DNA of 64,000 nt. Source: an uncultured Chthonomonadaceae bacterium (GTDB lineage Bacteria; Armatimonadota; Chthonomonadetes; Chthonomonadales; Chthonomonadaceae). The notes beneath the pieces are model-generated. The model was not told the origin of the DNA and made no database searches. It saw only the letters and a program-made list of their open reading frames with translations. The stretch is taken from the NCBI GenBank assembly GCA_963817895.1, contig CAWFQB010000014.1, positions 704,001 to 768,000 of the forward strand, read 5' to 3'. Made by a program: the position numbers and the translations under genes. Shown in pieces: positions 21,317-31,555 of this stretch (position 1 is its first letter; every line of letters starts with the position of its first letter).

Positions 21317-22135
21317 TCAGCGCCCCATGTAGGGACTATCATCCCATAACGCCAATTGACTTGATGTACCCGGCAGGCTCACATTGCCTTGTTTGTCTAA
21401 CTTATGCTGGTCTGCTATCGCTCCGAACCATTTGCACAGGAGGTCTGCATCCATAACAACACGCCCATAGTGATTCCGCTGAACGCTTAACAATTCTTCA
21501 ATCTCAATGTTACGCCGGTGGTGCAGAATGTACCGGGTGAGCAACGGCCCCATCGTAAAATTAAGGCGTGATGTTGTTAGCAAAGAGCGAACAATGCACA
21601 AAGCGGGGTAAGGATTCGCCTCCAAGTTGATTTCGACAGTCTGATTGAGAAAAGCCTCGAAGAAACCATGAGAGTAGATTGTTCGCTTCCGTTTTTTACC
21701 GCCCAGTTCAACGGCAATGGCTTCGACATTCAAAAAGGTGGTTTGGGGCAGGTCAGCAAAATCAGCATGTCGAACATGGCTTTCTCGGAAAGCCCAGGTA
21801 TCGTTCAGCGTCCACATGTCGAATAGCCAACCTTGATGTTCCATGTGCAAACCGCCAAACCGCGTATCTCGTATGAAGTGCCTTTTCATAGTTTTGCGCA
21901 TGTCGCAAGTGGAAACACCGCCAATGACTACATCCACATCGCGCACTTGCGCTTTCAAACCATTACTCAGCAGATCACGCGCGACGCCGCCGAATATATA
22001 TGCCGACCATTGATTTTCGTAGATGTGACCAAGCACAGACTGCATCGGCTTACGCCTGCGCGTCTCTTTAGTCAGAAAGTCACTGATTCTATGGCGGAGA
22101 ATTTGCTCCTGTTGTTCAATCTTTGCGTCAGCCAT
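21317..22135 (-). CDS. Pol-beta superfamily nucleotidyltransferase (CCA/poly(A) polymerase head-like; candidate HalB-like)
   Basis: YIFGGVARD, RDVDVV (DxD), RFGG, FDMW (third Asp), TTFLNVEAIA and C-terminal QRNHYG; start overlaps the dGTPase stop (ATGGCTGA). Confidence 0.85.
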   Translation of the reverse strand: MADAKIEQQEQILRHRISDFLTKETRRRKPMQSVLGHIYENQWSAYIFGGVARDLLSNGLKAQVRDVDVVIGGVSTCDMRKTMKRHFIRDTRFGGLHMEHQGWLFDMWTLNDTWAFRESHVRHADFADLPQTTFLNVEAIAVELGGKKRKRTIYSHGFFEAFLNQTVEINLEANPYPALCIVRSLLTTSRLNFTMGPLLTRYILHHRRNIEIEELLSVQRNHYGRVVMDADLLCKWFGAIADQHKLDKQGNVSLPGTSSQLALWDDSPYMGR

Positions 22136-23498
22136 TTTTTAGTTGTTTGTGCAATGTACAGGCGAATGTATCCGTCATGCCGCAAACATAATCGGTGAGC
22201 AGCTGCCGTTGACAGTAGATTTTGGGCAGCCCCTCTTTAAGCGCCTCATTGTAAACTTTACGGTAGTTGTTAGACATCATATTGTGAATTTTGCCGGGAA
22301 ATGTTTTCACGCCCCGCCCACCTTCAGCATCTGACGCTCCCTCCCAGAAAATGTCCATCAAATCGTGTATAACCTCCCTGCCCATCACTTCAAGCCGAAG
22401 CGTTTCCTTAGATGTATATACATGCTTCTTCGCAAATTCCTTACAAGCCTCGACAAAGCGAGCGGCCTCACAGTAAGGATCACTAATGAGTTCTTTATGA
22501 TACTCGCCACGCATGATCGTCTCGTAGTAATGCTTGAACGCTTCAATAACGGCAACAACCATCGCGCCTATGCCATTGACGCGGAAATACTGAACGTTTA
22601 CTTCATCATCATTTCCCTTATCCGAAGCAGCCAAACATTTATTTATCATAGGACAGTTATATTGCTTCAATTCCTCTTTGATTGTATTCCAACGTACCAC
22701 ACCTTTCTTGACAGCATCCTCTATATCTACGACAGAGTAGACAATATCATCGCTTGCTTCAACGAGGTAAGTAATCGGGTTACGCGCTTCGCCAGTTCCG
22801 GTTGCGGCACGAATCTCTTCAATTACCCTGTTTTCCGAGGCAAAGTAGCCCGGCTTTTTCTTTTCCTGCTCGGCTGTGATTTTATCCGAAGCGGCAATAT
22901 ACTTGCACACAGCAGAGAGTGTGCCATACGTAAGGTTCAGGCCGAAATAATCCTCCAGAATTTGCAGACGAGCAATTAGGCGCAACGTTTGCGCGTTGCC
23001 TTCAAAATTCCAGAAATCGTTCGCAAGCTGTTCTGAACGATATGTTGCTACAGACGCATTGAATGAGTGTGCAAAATCTCGAACAGGATCAAGACTGAGC
23101 GGATACAATTTATGGAACCAACTGCTAATTGCCTGTTCGCCAGCGTGACCAAAAGGCGGGTTGCCAAGATCATGAAGTAAGCCGCAAGTAGCGGCAATAA
23201 TTGGAATTTCTTTCGCCTGTGATAAAGGTAAACCCTCTTTCTGCATAATCCACTCTGCCGCTTTACCTGACAAATCGCGGGCGACAGTGGACACTTCAAG
23301 CGAATGGGTAAGACGAGTTCTCACGGCATCGTGTGGCTCCAAAGGAAACACCTGCGCTTTGTCTTGTAAGCGACGTACAGGCGTGGAGAAAACAGAACGA
23401 TCATAGTCTCGCTCGAACTCAGACCTGAATTCTCCACTTCGCTTTTGTGTTCCGCGTCGGCGTTCGCTATTTAGAAGTTGGTTCCACTGCATTCTCAT
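22128..23498 (-). CDS. dgt: Deoxyguanosinetriphosphate triphosphohydrolase (HD-domain dNTPase)
   Basis: FERDYDR, RRLQDKAQVF, RTRLTHSLEV, HDLGNPPFGHAGE, FEGNAQTLR, EASDDIVY and DYVCGMTD motifs; GGAG RBS. Confidence 0.95.
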   Translation of the reverse strand: MRMQWNQLLNSERRRGTQKRSGEFRSEFERDYDRSVFSTPVRRLQDKAQVFPLEPHDAVRTRLTHSLEVSTVARDLSGKAAEWIMQKEGLPLSQAKEIPIIAATCGLLHDLGNPPFGHAGEQAISSWFHKLYPLSLDPVRDFAHSFNASVATYRSEQLANDFWNFEGNAQTLRLIARLQILEDYFGLNLTYGTLSAVCKYIAASDKITAEQEKKKPGYFASENRVIEEIRAATGTGEARNPITYLVEASDDIVYSVVDIEDAVKKGVVRWNTIKEELKQYNCPMINKCLAASDKGNDDEVNVQYFRVNGIGAMVVAVIEAFKHYYETIMRGEYHKELISDPYCEAARFVEACKEFAKKHVYTSKETLRLEVMGREVIHDLMDIFWEGASDAEGGRGVKTFPGKIHNMMSNNYRKVYNEALKEGLPKIYCQRQLLTDYVCGMTDTFACTLHKQLKNG

Positions 23499-23594
23499 TG
23501 GCTATTCTCCATCCACAAAGTTACCAAAGCATTATACTTCATTCAGGATACAAGAATGGTTAATTTACTACGCCTTGCTTTACGCCCATAAGCA

Positions 23595-24422
23595 CTAACT
23601 GCCGGTCGAGCGATAGTGGCGGACGCCGAAGTTCCAGAGGCGGAAGGAGAGCAACAGGAACAGGACGCCGACAAATGGGGACAGCCACGCGATTACAATG
23701 GCAGATGAATCCGGTTTCATGCCCGCATGATGCAGCAGGACTCGCGACGGCAGGTAGTTGATGCAGGCGAGGGGAATGACGTACGTAAAGAATTTCTGCA
23801 TCCATTGCGGATAGATTTCGAGGGGGTACTGCGCGGTTTCCGTGCCGCCATACGTGACCGTGTTCATGATTTCCAGACCCTCTACCGTCCAAAACGAAAG
23901 GGTTGCCTGTAGTACCTGTAGCCCGTAAAACAGACACGTTCCCCCCACAATGGAGAGCGCGATGAGCAGCAGGCTTGCAGACGTTTGCGCGGAAGGCAAT
24001 TGCATGATGGCCCACGTCAGCACAACCGACGCCTGCAACAATCGCCCGAACCGCATCAACTGCAACTCCTGCGCGGCTACCTGAAAAGCCGTGCTGCGCG
24101 GACGCAACAGCAGCCGGTCGAAATCTCCCGCCTTGACCACATTGCCGAACGTATCAAACCCCCGCCCTGCCGCTTCCGCGATGGCAAAGGCGATGCCAAC
24201 CATGCCATAGAACAGCGCGATTTCCGACAACTGCCAGCCCCGCAGACTGCCGAAGCGGGCAAACAGCGCCCATATTCCCACAAATTCAATGAGGGTCGCA
24301 AACAGGTTCCCGAACGCCAGCATCAGGAAGGAAGCGCGGTACTGCAATTGTCCGCGTATCGAAATCGCCGCATATCGCCAGTACAGTCGCCATGTATCTT
24401 GCAGGGATTTTTGAATAACCAT
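23595..24422 (-). CDS. ABC-2 family (DUF990-like) transporter permease
   Basis: QYRASF, GDFDRLLLRP and YPLEIYP motifs; multiple TM helices. Confidence 0.88.
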   Translation of the reverse strand: MVIQKSLQDTWRLYWRYAAISIRGQLQYRASFLMLAFGNLFATLIEFVGIWALFARFGSLRGWQLSEIALFYGMVGIAFAIAEAAGRGFDTFGNVVKAGDFDRLLLRPRSTAFQVAAQELQLMRFGRLLQASVVLTWAIMQLPSAQTSASLLLIALSIVGGTCLFYGLQVLQATLSFWTVEGLEIMNTVTYGGTETAQYPLEIYPQWMQKFFTYVIPLACINYLPSRVLLHHAGMKPDSSAIVIAWLSPFVGVLFLLLSFRLWNFGVRHYRSTGS

Positions 24423-24426
24423 AATT

Positions 24427-25230
24427 TTACCCTCCCTGAACAACGAGGCGGCGCGTGGCGTTGCGCAGCAGCAGGCGGCCAAGCATGACGAGTATCAGCG
24501 TCCACAAGGTTTGATGCAACAGCGTAGCGGGCAATTGCGCTATGGGAATGTTACCCGTATACAGGCGGAACGGCGTGTCCATCATGGCGCGGAACGGCAG
24601 AAAGTTGACGACGGGCTGCGCCCATGCGGGCATTAGCGGCACAGGGATGAGCAGGCCGGAAAACGTGTACATGACCGTCGGCGCGAGGCGCGTGATGCCG
24701 TCACCCGCAAGCGTGTACAGCAGCGTAATCGTCAGCAGGGTGGAAAACGCGGCGGCAAGGGCAAACGCTCCACAGGTTGCCGCTATCCACGCGACAAAAG
24801 CCGCAAACGTCGGCGGCAGGCGCAGGCCGAAAAACAGACCGGCAACCACAAACATCGGAATGGCGCGAAGCAGGGTTGGCGCGACGCGGGCGGCAAGGGC
24901 GCGGCTGTACCACAGGCCGTATAAATCCAGTGGACGCAGCATCTCATACGCCACGGTTCCCGTCCGTATCATGCTCCGAACATCGGTATCCACGTTCCAC
25001 ATGGCAAGCGCGAACATCGCCTGCGCCAGCCATAAATAACTCACCATATCTTCAAGCGCAATCGGTTGAGGCCGCGTGGTGGACTTGTAGAACGCGGTAA
25101 AGATGGCGACGCGCAGCAGGCCCCAGAACAACTGCGTTCCAAAGCCCGCAATCGCCGCCGCGCGATATTGCAGCAGGGCGCGAAACCGGGCGGCGGCAAC
25201 GGATATGTAGGGGCGCAGGGCGGCAGACAT
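24427..25230 (-). CDS. ABC-2 family (DUF990-like) transporter permease
   Basis: LQYRAA, IRTGTVAYEMLRP and SGLLIPV motifs. Confidence 0.88.
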   Translation of the reverse strand: MSAALRPYISVAAARFRALLQYRAAAIAGFGTQLFWGLLRVAIFTAFYKSTTRPQPIALEDMVSYLWLAQAMFALAMWNVDTDVRSMIRTGTVAYEMLRPLDLYGLWYSRALAARVAPTLLRAIPMFVVAGLFFGLRLPPTFAAFVAWIAATCGAFALAAAFSTLLTITLLYTLAGDGITRLAPTVMYTFSGLLIPVPLMPAWAQPVVNFLPFRAMMDTPFRLYTGNIPIAQLPATLLHQTLWTLILVMLGRLLLRNATRRLVVQGG

Positions 25231-25231
25231 A

Positions 25232-26221
25232 TCAGGCTTTCCCCTCACTGCTCTTATACAACCGCGCAATGATTTCTTCTATCGGCGGGTTTTGCACGAA
25301 CAAGTCTTTTACATTGTAAGCAGCGGTAATGCGGGCGATAAGGGCAGCGGTGGACACACATTCGGGATCGAAGCGCAGGCGGAATTGGCGTCCCTCCTGT
25401 TTGTCAACGGTCGCGTCCGGGTCGTGAACAATCCCCTGCTCGTCTTCCAGATCAACGATTAGCCAGCGTTCCCGCGTGACGCGCTGCCGCAGATGTTCCA
25501 GGCTGCCGTCGGAGAGTATCTGCCCGCCCCCGATGACAATGACGCGCTTGCACAGAGCTTCGATGTCGTCCATGTCGTGCGTCGTCAAAATCACGGTGAC
25601 GCCGCGTTCCCGGTTCAGAACCTTGATGAAATCGCGCACGGCCAGTTTGGAAACCGCGTCCAGTCCAATCGTCGGCTCGTCCAGAAACAGCAGCGGGGGC
25701 GCGTGAATCAGGGCGGCGGCAAGGTCGCAACGCATCCGCTGCCCTAAACTCAGTTGACGGACGGGCGTATCCAGAAACGACGCGAGCGACAGCAGTTCAA
25801 TCAGTTCGTCGCGCGTTTTTCGGTACTGTTCGGCGGGAACCCGGTAAATATCGCGCAGCAAATCAAAGGACTCGACAACGGGCAAGTCCCACCACAATTG
25901 CGTCCTCTGCCCGAAAACAACGCCGATATGCGCCACATAATCGCGCCGGTCACGCCAGGGCACATACCCTAAAACTTCGCACCGCCCCCCATCCGGCACG
26001 AGGATACCCGACAGGGCTTTGACCGTCGTGCTTTTGCCCGCGCCGTTCGGCCCGATATAGCCGACCAGTTCGCCCGCGTCCAATTGGAAGGAGATGTCGT
26101 TCAGCGCGGTCACAGTCCGGTACTTGCGCGTCGCCAGTCCCCGTATCGCGCCCCACATTCCCGCCTGCCGCTCCGCAATCTGAAACGTTTTGCGCAAGTT
26201 TTCGACAATTATTTGTGGCAT
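25232..26221 (-). CDS. ABC transporter ATP-binding protein
   Basis: GPNGAGKST, LSLGQRMR, FLDEPTIGLD and TTHD motifs. Confidence 0.95.
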   Translation of the reverse strand: MPQIIVENLRKTFQIAERQAGMWGAIRGLATRKYRTVTALNDISFQLDAGELVGYIGPNGAGKSTTVKALSGILVPDGGRCEVLGYVPWRDRRDYVAHIGVVFGQRTQLWWDLPVVESFDLLRDIYRVPAEQYRKTRDELIELLSLASFLDTPVRQLSLGQRMRCDLAAALIHAPPLLFLDEPTIGLDAVSKLAVRDFIKVLNRERGVTVILTTHDMDDIEALCKRVIVIGGGQILSDGSLEHLRQRVTRERWLIVDLEDEQGIVHDPDATVDKQEGRQFRLRFDPECVSTAALIARITAAYNVKDLFVQNPPIEEIIARLYKSSEGKA

Positions 26222-26312
26222 CAAAACTCCCGAAGAGATACGAGATACAAGAAGAGGAGAATAGACAGGATTTTCAGGAGGGAACAGGATTTCACTACCG
26301 CGCGCCTTGTTT

Positions 26313-26444
26313 CCGGGCATTGAAAATACCCGTCTGAGTGGCGTTCCGTCAAGCGTCCTTCGGACGCGATTCACTGGAAAATAAGCATTTGCGTCCGAAG
26401 GACGCTTGGCCGTAGGCCGTGTAGACAGGGGTTTTCAACCCCTG
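26313..26444. repeat. Palindromic MITE/REP-like element, copy 2
   Basis: CGGGCATTGAAAATACCCG ... CAAGCGTCCTTCGGACGC / GCGTCCGAAGGACGCTTG ... CAGGGGTTTTCAACCCCTG. Confidence 0.75.
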
Positions 26445-26613
26445 CAAGAATGTGTCCGGTAGTGAGAACAGAATTAGCATCGGTATCTATAACTAACGCG
26501 CAACAAGGCACAGGACGCGCCACTTGTCCTGTGCCTGCAAGCCTTATTTCAGGTACGGTTGTACCAGGCGAGAATATTCTCTGACGACGTTACAATCTCC
26601 TGCTGAATTTTTC

Positions 26614-27141
26614 TTATCGAGATAATTTTTCCAGAATTCTGCGTTCAAAGGCGAGGAGCGTTTGCTTGCGGGAAAGGCCACCACTGTAACCGGTCAGTTT
26701 ACCGTTGGCTCCGACGACACGATGGCATGGCACGACAATGGAAACGGGATTCTGGCCGTTGGCAAGCCCCACAGCGCGGCAGGCTTTCGGGTTGCCGATG
26801 CGCCGCGCCAGTTCGCCATAAGAGATTGTGGCGCCGTAGGGAAGTTTGCGCAGTTCTGCCCACACCTGTTGCTGAAACGACGTGCCTTTGAGATTGAGCG
26901 GCAAATTGAACGTGGTTTGCCCGCCCGATAGATAGGCTTCAAGCTGCTGTTTCACTTCGGCAAAGGGCGCGGCGTTCTCATCGCTTACCCATTCCGCCGA
27001 CGCAGCCGCCTTTTGCTGTATTTCCGCCTGCGCCCGTTCTGACAGGTACAACCCGGTGAGCGCGTCACCATCCGAGGTTAAGAGAACGGGCTGATTCGGC
27101 TGGTCTATGGTGGCATAGATGGTTGTGTAATATGTGGTCAT
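26614..27141 (-). CDS. ogt: Methylated-DNA-protein-cysteine methyltransferase
   Basis: GTSFQQQVW, RAVGLAN and PCHRV active-site motif. Confidence 0.95.
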   Translation of the reverse strand: MTTYYTTIYATIDQPNQPVLLTSDGDALTGLYLSERAQAEIQQKAAASAEWVSDENAAPFAEVKQQLEAYLSGGQTTFNLPLNLKGTSFQQQVWAELRKLPYGATISYGELARRIGNPKACRAVGLANGQNPVSIVVPCHRVVGANGKLTGYSGGLSRKQTLLAFERRILEKLSR

Positions 27142-28703
27142 GCGGGTTCCTCCAATGACTTCCACAGGTGCATGGTGGCATACGCGCGCCAGGGACGCCA
27201 CGCTTCCGAAAGAGCCAGCACCCGCTTCGGGTTCGTCTCGCCCAGCGCCTTATAAATGCCCAGGTCTGTATGCGGAAAAGCGTCCGGCCAAGCGAGGACG
27301 CGCATGGCAATATATTGCGCCGTCCAGTCGCCGATACCCGGAATGGATTTCAATTGTATCAGGGTTGGTTCAATGTCCACGCCGGGCGTCAGCGCCAGTT
27401 TGCCTTCCGCCACCATTCGGGCAAGCGCGAGAATGGAATTGGCCCGCGTGGTGATAATGCCAGGCGCGATTAGCTCCGCCGCGTTCGCCTGCGCAACCCG
27501 CTCGGCTGTGGGCGGCAGATGCGTCAGACAGGCAAACGGCGTTGCTACCGGTTCGCCGAACGCGGCTGCAAACCGCCCGGAGATTGTAGTCGCCGCCCGA
27601 ACGCTGATCTGCTGTCCCAAAATGGCGCGTGTCGCCATTTCAAAGCCGTCGAACGCGCCGGGAACGCGCAGGCCGGGGCGGGCTTGCGCCAGTTCGCCCA
27701 GATGTGCGGCAATGTGCAGCGGCGACGCTTCCAGATCGAACAACCGCTTTACTCGCGCAAGCGTGGGCAGGATAACCGGGGCCAGCGAAGCCGACAGTTC
27801 TACGCGCAGCGCGGGTTTATCGGGAATGGGGTCAACGGCAATCCAGCCCCGATGTTCACCGATACCGACCACGCGCAGATAACGCCCCTCATCCACCGTT
27901 TCCACGCCGCTCGAAGACCGCCCGACCAGAAACGCCAGCAACGCCTCCCAATCCAGCGGCGGACGGTACGCCAATTCAAACGTCAAAGCAAAGGAGGAAG
28001 GAGGAAGGAGGAAGGAGGAATCTTCTCCTCCTCGTATTTCGTATCTCGTATCTTGTATCTTCCCTGTTCCCTGCCCTTGCATCTCCCTTTCTCCTTTTCT
28101 CCTCTTCTCCTCTTCTCCTTGTCTTCCCCGGCGCAGTTGGGTCGGGTTCAGGCGATAGCGTTCCTTGAACAGCGCGTTGAAACGACGCAGGCTGGAAAAT
28201 CCACTGGCGGCAGCCACTTCGCTGACAGCCATGTTCGTGTCGGTGAGCAGGCGTTTGGCGAGCAGCAGGCGTTGTGTTTGCGCCAGAGCGACGGGCGATA
28301 CGCCGAATTCCGTTTCAACGACGCGCCGCAGATGGCGGGAACTGATGCCGGTGTCCGCAGCCAGATCTTCCACGCTGCCTTCCGTCAACGCGCCATCTTC
28401 GATGCGTCCGGCAATTTGGGCGGCAAGACGGCTTGTAGCGTCAACACCCGCGTTTCCCGGCGCGCGTTCCGGGCGGCAGCGCAGGCAGGGGCGAAAACCG
28501 GCGCGTTCCGCCGCTGCCGCGCTCGGATAAAAGGCGCAGTTTTCCCGGCGCGGCGTTCGGGCGGGGCAAACCGTACGGCAGTAAATTCCGGTTGTGGCAA
28601 CGCCGACGAAGAAAACGCCGTCGAAACGCGCGTCATGCGTGAGCAGAGCCTGATAGCAAGCGTCTTTATCCAGTGTTCTGGTTACTGCCATGTTGCTTTT
28701 CAT
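27138..28703 (-). CDS. alkA: Ada metal-binding/AraC HTH-AlkA DNA-3-methyladenine glycosylase fusion
   Basis: TTGIYCRTVC...PCLRCRP, AraC HTH (GFSSLRRFN), ILGQQIS, PGIGDWTAQY and WRPWRAYA; in-frame repeat-derived linker. Confidence 0.93.
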   Translation of the reverse strand: MKSNMAVTRTLDKDACYQALLTHDARFDGVFFVGVATTGIYCRTVCPARTPRRENCAFYPSAAAAERAGFRPCLRCRPERAPGNAGVDATSRLAAQIAGRIEDGALTEGSVEDLAADTGISSRHLRRVVETEFGVSPVALAQTQRLLLAKRLLTDTNMAVSEVAAASGFSSLRRFNALFKERYRLNPTQLRRGRQGEEEKRRKGEREMQGQGTGKIQDTRYEIRGGEDSSFLLPPSSFALTFELAYRPPLDWEALLAFLVGRSSSGVETVDEGRYLRVVGIGEHRGWIAVDPIPDKPALRVELSASLAPVILPTLARVKRLFDLEASPLHIAAHLGELAQARPGLRVPGAFDGFEMATRAILGQQISVRAATTISGRFAAAFGEPVATPFACLTHLPPTAERVAQANAAELIAPGIITTRANSILALARMVAEGKLALTPGVDIEPTLIQLKSIPGIGDWTAQYIAMRVLAWPDAFPHTDLGIYKALGETNPKRVLALSEAWRPWRAYATMHLWKSLEEPA

Positions 28704-28858
28704 GCCGACAGTATACAGGTTTACGCGCGTGTTGTCTCGCCATTTTCGGACATCGGAATCAAATTCGGGTATTCTCTATGTTACATCTGGAGTTTAGCCG
28801 CGAAAATACGCGAATACACGCGAATAGGCGAGACTTCTTTCAATGAAGGAACATCTGA

Positions 28859-30604
28859 ATGAACCGTTATCGGCGCTTTGCGCTTCCTATTCGATTGCTT
28901 GTTTCGTTTGGCTTGTGCGTTGTTCAGGGCGGCGCGTGTCCGGCGCAGACATTTTCGGCGGTCCAGCCTGTTCGGTCGGCGCATGGCATGGTGGCGTCGG
29001 CAAGCGGATTGGCGTCACAGGCGGGCGTGGAAATACTAAAACGGGGCGGAAATGCTGTGGATGCGGCCTGCGCAACCGCGTTCGCGCTTGCCGTGACGTA
29101 CCCGGTCGCGGGCAATCTGGGCGGCGGCGGGTTCATGCTGATACGGCTTGGCGGATGGCCGCGCGGTTGCCATTGATTACCGCGAAACGGCCCCGGCAGC
29201 GGCGACAAGCGGGATGTATCAGGACAAGGCGGGCAACATCATTCCCAATGCGTCGCTTGTCGGCTATCGGGCGTCGGGCGTACCCGGAACCGTTGCCGGG
29301 TTGGAACTGGCGCAGCGCAAGTACGGCAAACTGAAATGGCGGGAGGTGATTGAACCGGCGCGGCGTCTGGCGTCAGAAGGTTTTCCGGTCAGCGCGGCAA
29401 TGGCGTCCGGCCTGCGGGGTGAAAAATCTCTGGCGCAGTTTCCCGAAAGCCGCCGCGTTTTTCTGAAGCAGGGCGCATTTTACCAGAGCCGGGGAAACGT
29501 TCCGGCAGCCGGAACTGGCGGCGACACTGGCGCGTTTGCAGCAGATACGGCGCAAAAGACTTTTACGAGGGACACACGGCGGAACTCATCGCAAAGGCGA
29601 TGCAGCGCGAACGACGGCCTGATTACCCGCGAGGATTTACGACATTACAAAGCGGTCGAGCGCGAACCATTGCGGGGAACCTATCGGGGTTATGAGGTTC
29701 TCACCATGCCGCCGCCGAGTTCGGGCGGCATCGCCCTGCTGGAAATGCTCAACATTCTGGAACCCCATGATCTGGCGAAATGGGGGCATGACGCGCCCGA
29801 AACCAACCACCTGCTGATTGAAGCCATGCGCCGCGCGTTTGCGGACCGGGCGGAGTTTTTGGGCGACCCGGATTTTGTCCGCGTCCCCGCCAAAGCCCTG
29901 ATTGCCAAACCGTATGCGGCGGAAGTTGCCCGCAGCATTGATCGCCGAACACGCCACGCCGAGCGCAGAAATCAAGCACGGTCAGCCTGCCGGTTACGAG
30001 TCGCCGCAAACCACGCATTTTTCGGTTGTGGATGCGGAAGGCAATGCGGTTTCCAACACGTACACGCTCAACATGGCGTATGGCAGCGGCGTGACCGTAA
30101 AGGGCGCGGGCTTTCTGCTCAACGACGAAATGGACGATTTCACCAGCAAGCCGGGCGTTCCCAACGGCTTCGGCTTGATTCAGGGCGCGGCGAACGCGAT
30201 TGCGCCCACATAAGCGCCCTCTCTCCTCCATGACGCCCACCATTCTGGTCAAGAACGGCAAACTGTTTCTGGTAATCGGCAGTCCCGGCGGCCCGACGAT
30301 CATCAACACGGTGTTGCAGGTGATTGTCAACGTCGTGGACCACAACATGAACATCGCGCAGGCCATCGCCGCGCCCCGCCTGCACCACCAATGGCTGCCG
30401 GATCAAGTCCGAGTGGAAACCAACGGCCTGACGCCCGAAACCCGCCGCAAACTGGAACAAATGGGACACGTCTTCGCCAAACGCGCCGGACTGCCCAACG
30501 AGCATTGGGGCGACGCGGAAGGCATACTGGTTGATCCTCTCACCGGCAAGCGCTATGGCGCGTCCGACCCACGTTCCCGCGACGCGGCGGCCGTTGGTTA
30601 TTAA
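28859..30604 (+). CDS. ggt: Gamma-glutamyltransferase; several frameshifts
   Basis: [53 protein letters not shown] and GSPGG spread over several frames. Confidence 0.92.
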
Positions 30605-31125
30605 AGGTTTGTGTTCCCGCACTCGCGGGAAGCCTGTCCTGTTCAACCTGTTCAACCCGGGGCGCGTTGGATAAAAGGGAGAAATATGTAGAGACAGCGT
30701 CGAAATCTTGGCAATGCAGCGCTTCCAGCCCGGTGTCTCGTTGTGTCAGATTTTTTCTAAGGAGGCGTCGTGGCCTCGGAATGGTTACGGTGAACGAGAA
30801 GTATATACAGGCATCTTCTTGCACCTCCCTTCCAGGTTAGATTGTTGAAGAGTGGAGAGTTGATAGCAACTCCGAACTTTCAACATCCCGCCGCCTGGCT
30901 AGTTCGCTCACACTGTTTAGTAGACGTGTGTGCGAAATTGGACGATGCAGATACAGCGAAGTTTCATTTTTGCTGCTGATTACGTAGATATTTTTCTAGT
31001 TTTTTGTGTCTGATTTCTGGCACTGGCAACCAGTAGAACAAATCGGAGCAATATGGGGGCGAACGCCCCACGACAGGATAGTGTTGAGCATTTCAGATGT
31101 GCCAGCCCCGGTGCCTGACAAATTC

Positions 31126-31154
31126 TTGACGCCCTCTCGAAAGCGGCGTACAAT
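31126..31154 (+). promoter_or_regulatory. Sigma70-type promoter of the LexA-like HTH gene
   Basis: TTGACG-17 nt-TACAAT. Confidence 0.65.
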
Positions 31155-31177
31155 AATTTATTATGAGAAGCAAAGGC

Positions 31178-31489
31178 ATGATCGCCAAACAAGAAGCCAT
31201 CCTGCGCTACATCCGCGTGTGTACTCAGTAGAATGAATTGCCGCCTACGTTTAATCAGATGATGCAGACGTTCGACCTCGCATCCACGCAGAGCGTTACG
31301 CAGCATCTGGACGCTCTGGAGCGTCGGGAGATGCTTTTGCGCACTCACAAGGCGCGACGCGGATTAAAGGTTACGGAGGCGGGCAAGCGGGCGATAGGCG
31401 AGTACCCGGAGATGCCCGGAACCTTCGCCTACTTCCTCTATGACGAAACGGCGAGGTGTATGGAACCGCTGGAGCGCAAGGCAGTCTGA
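31178..31489 (+). pseudogene. LexA-type winged-HTH DNA-binding domain only, with in-frame TAG at 31229-31231
   Basis: KQEAILRYI...*..LPPTFNQMMQTFDLASTQSVTQHLDALERREML...RGLKV matches the LexA N-domain pattern; no peptidase domain. Confidence 0.75.
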
Positions 31490-31512
31490 GTTCCACCGCC
31501 CTCTTTTGACTT

Positions 31513-31555
31513 GCAAGCCGCCTTTTTCTTCACAGAAGAGGCGGCTTGCTGTTTC
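31513..31555 (+). terminator. Intrinsic terminator-like hairpin
   Basis: GCAAGCCGCCT...AGGCGGCTTGC followed by TGTTT. Confidence 0.55.

Noticed and set aside
21317..22135. Housekeeping CCA-adding enzyme or CBASS CD-NTase
   Set aside because: It is too short and lacks RRDFT for a CCA enzyme. It has GGxxRD rather than the GS motif of CD-NTases, and there are no Cap genes nearby.
27519..28862. Long antisense ORFs (e.g. 27519-28862, 6211-7317, 39008-40129, 48806-50008)
   Set aside because: These are shadows of well-supported genes on the opposite strand in GC-rich DNA and show no motifs.
31178..31489. Host SOS repressor lexA
   Set aside because: No S24 peptidase domain or Ala-Gly cleavage site, and there is an internal stop codon.
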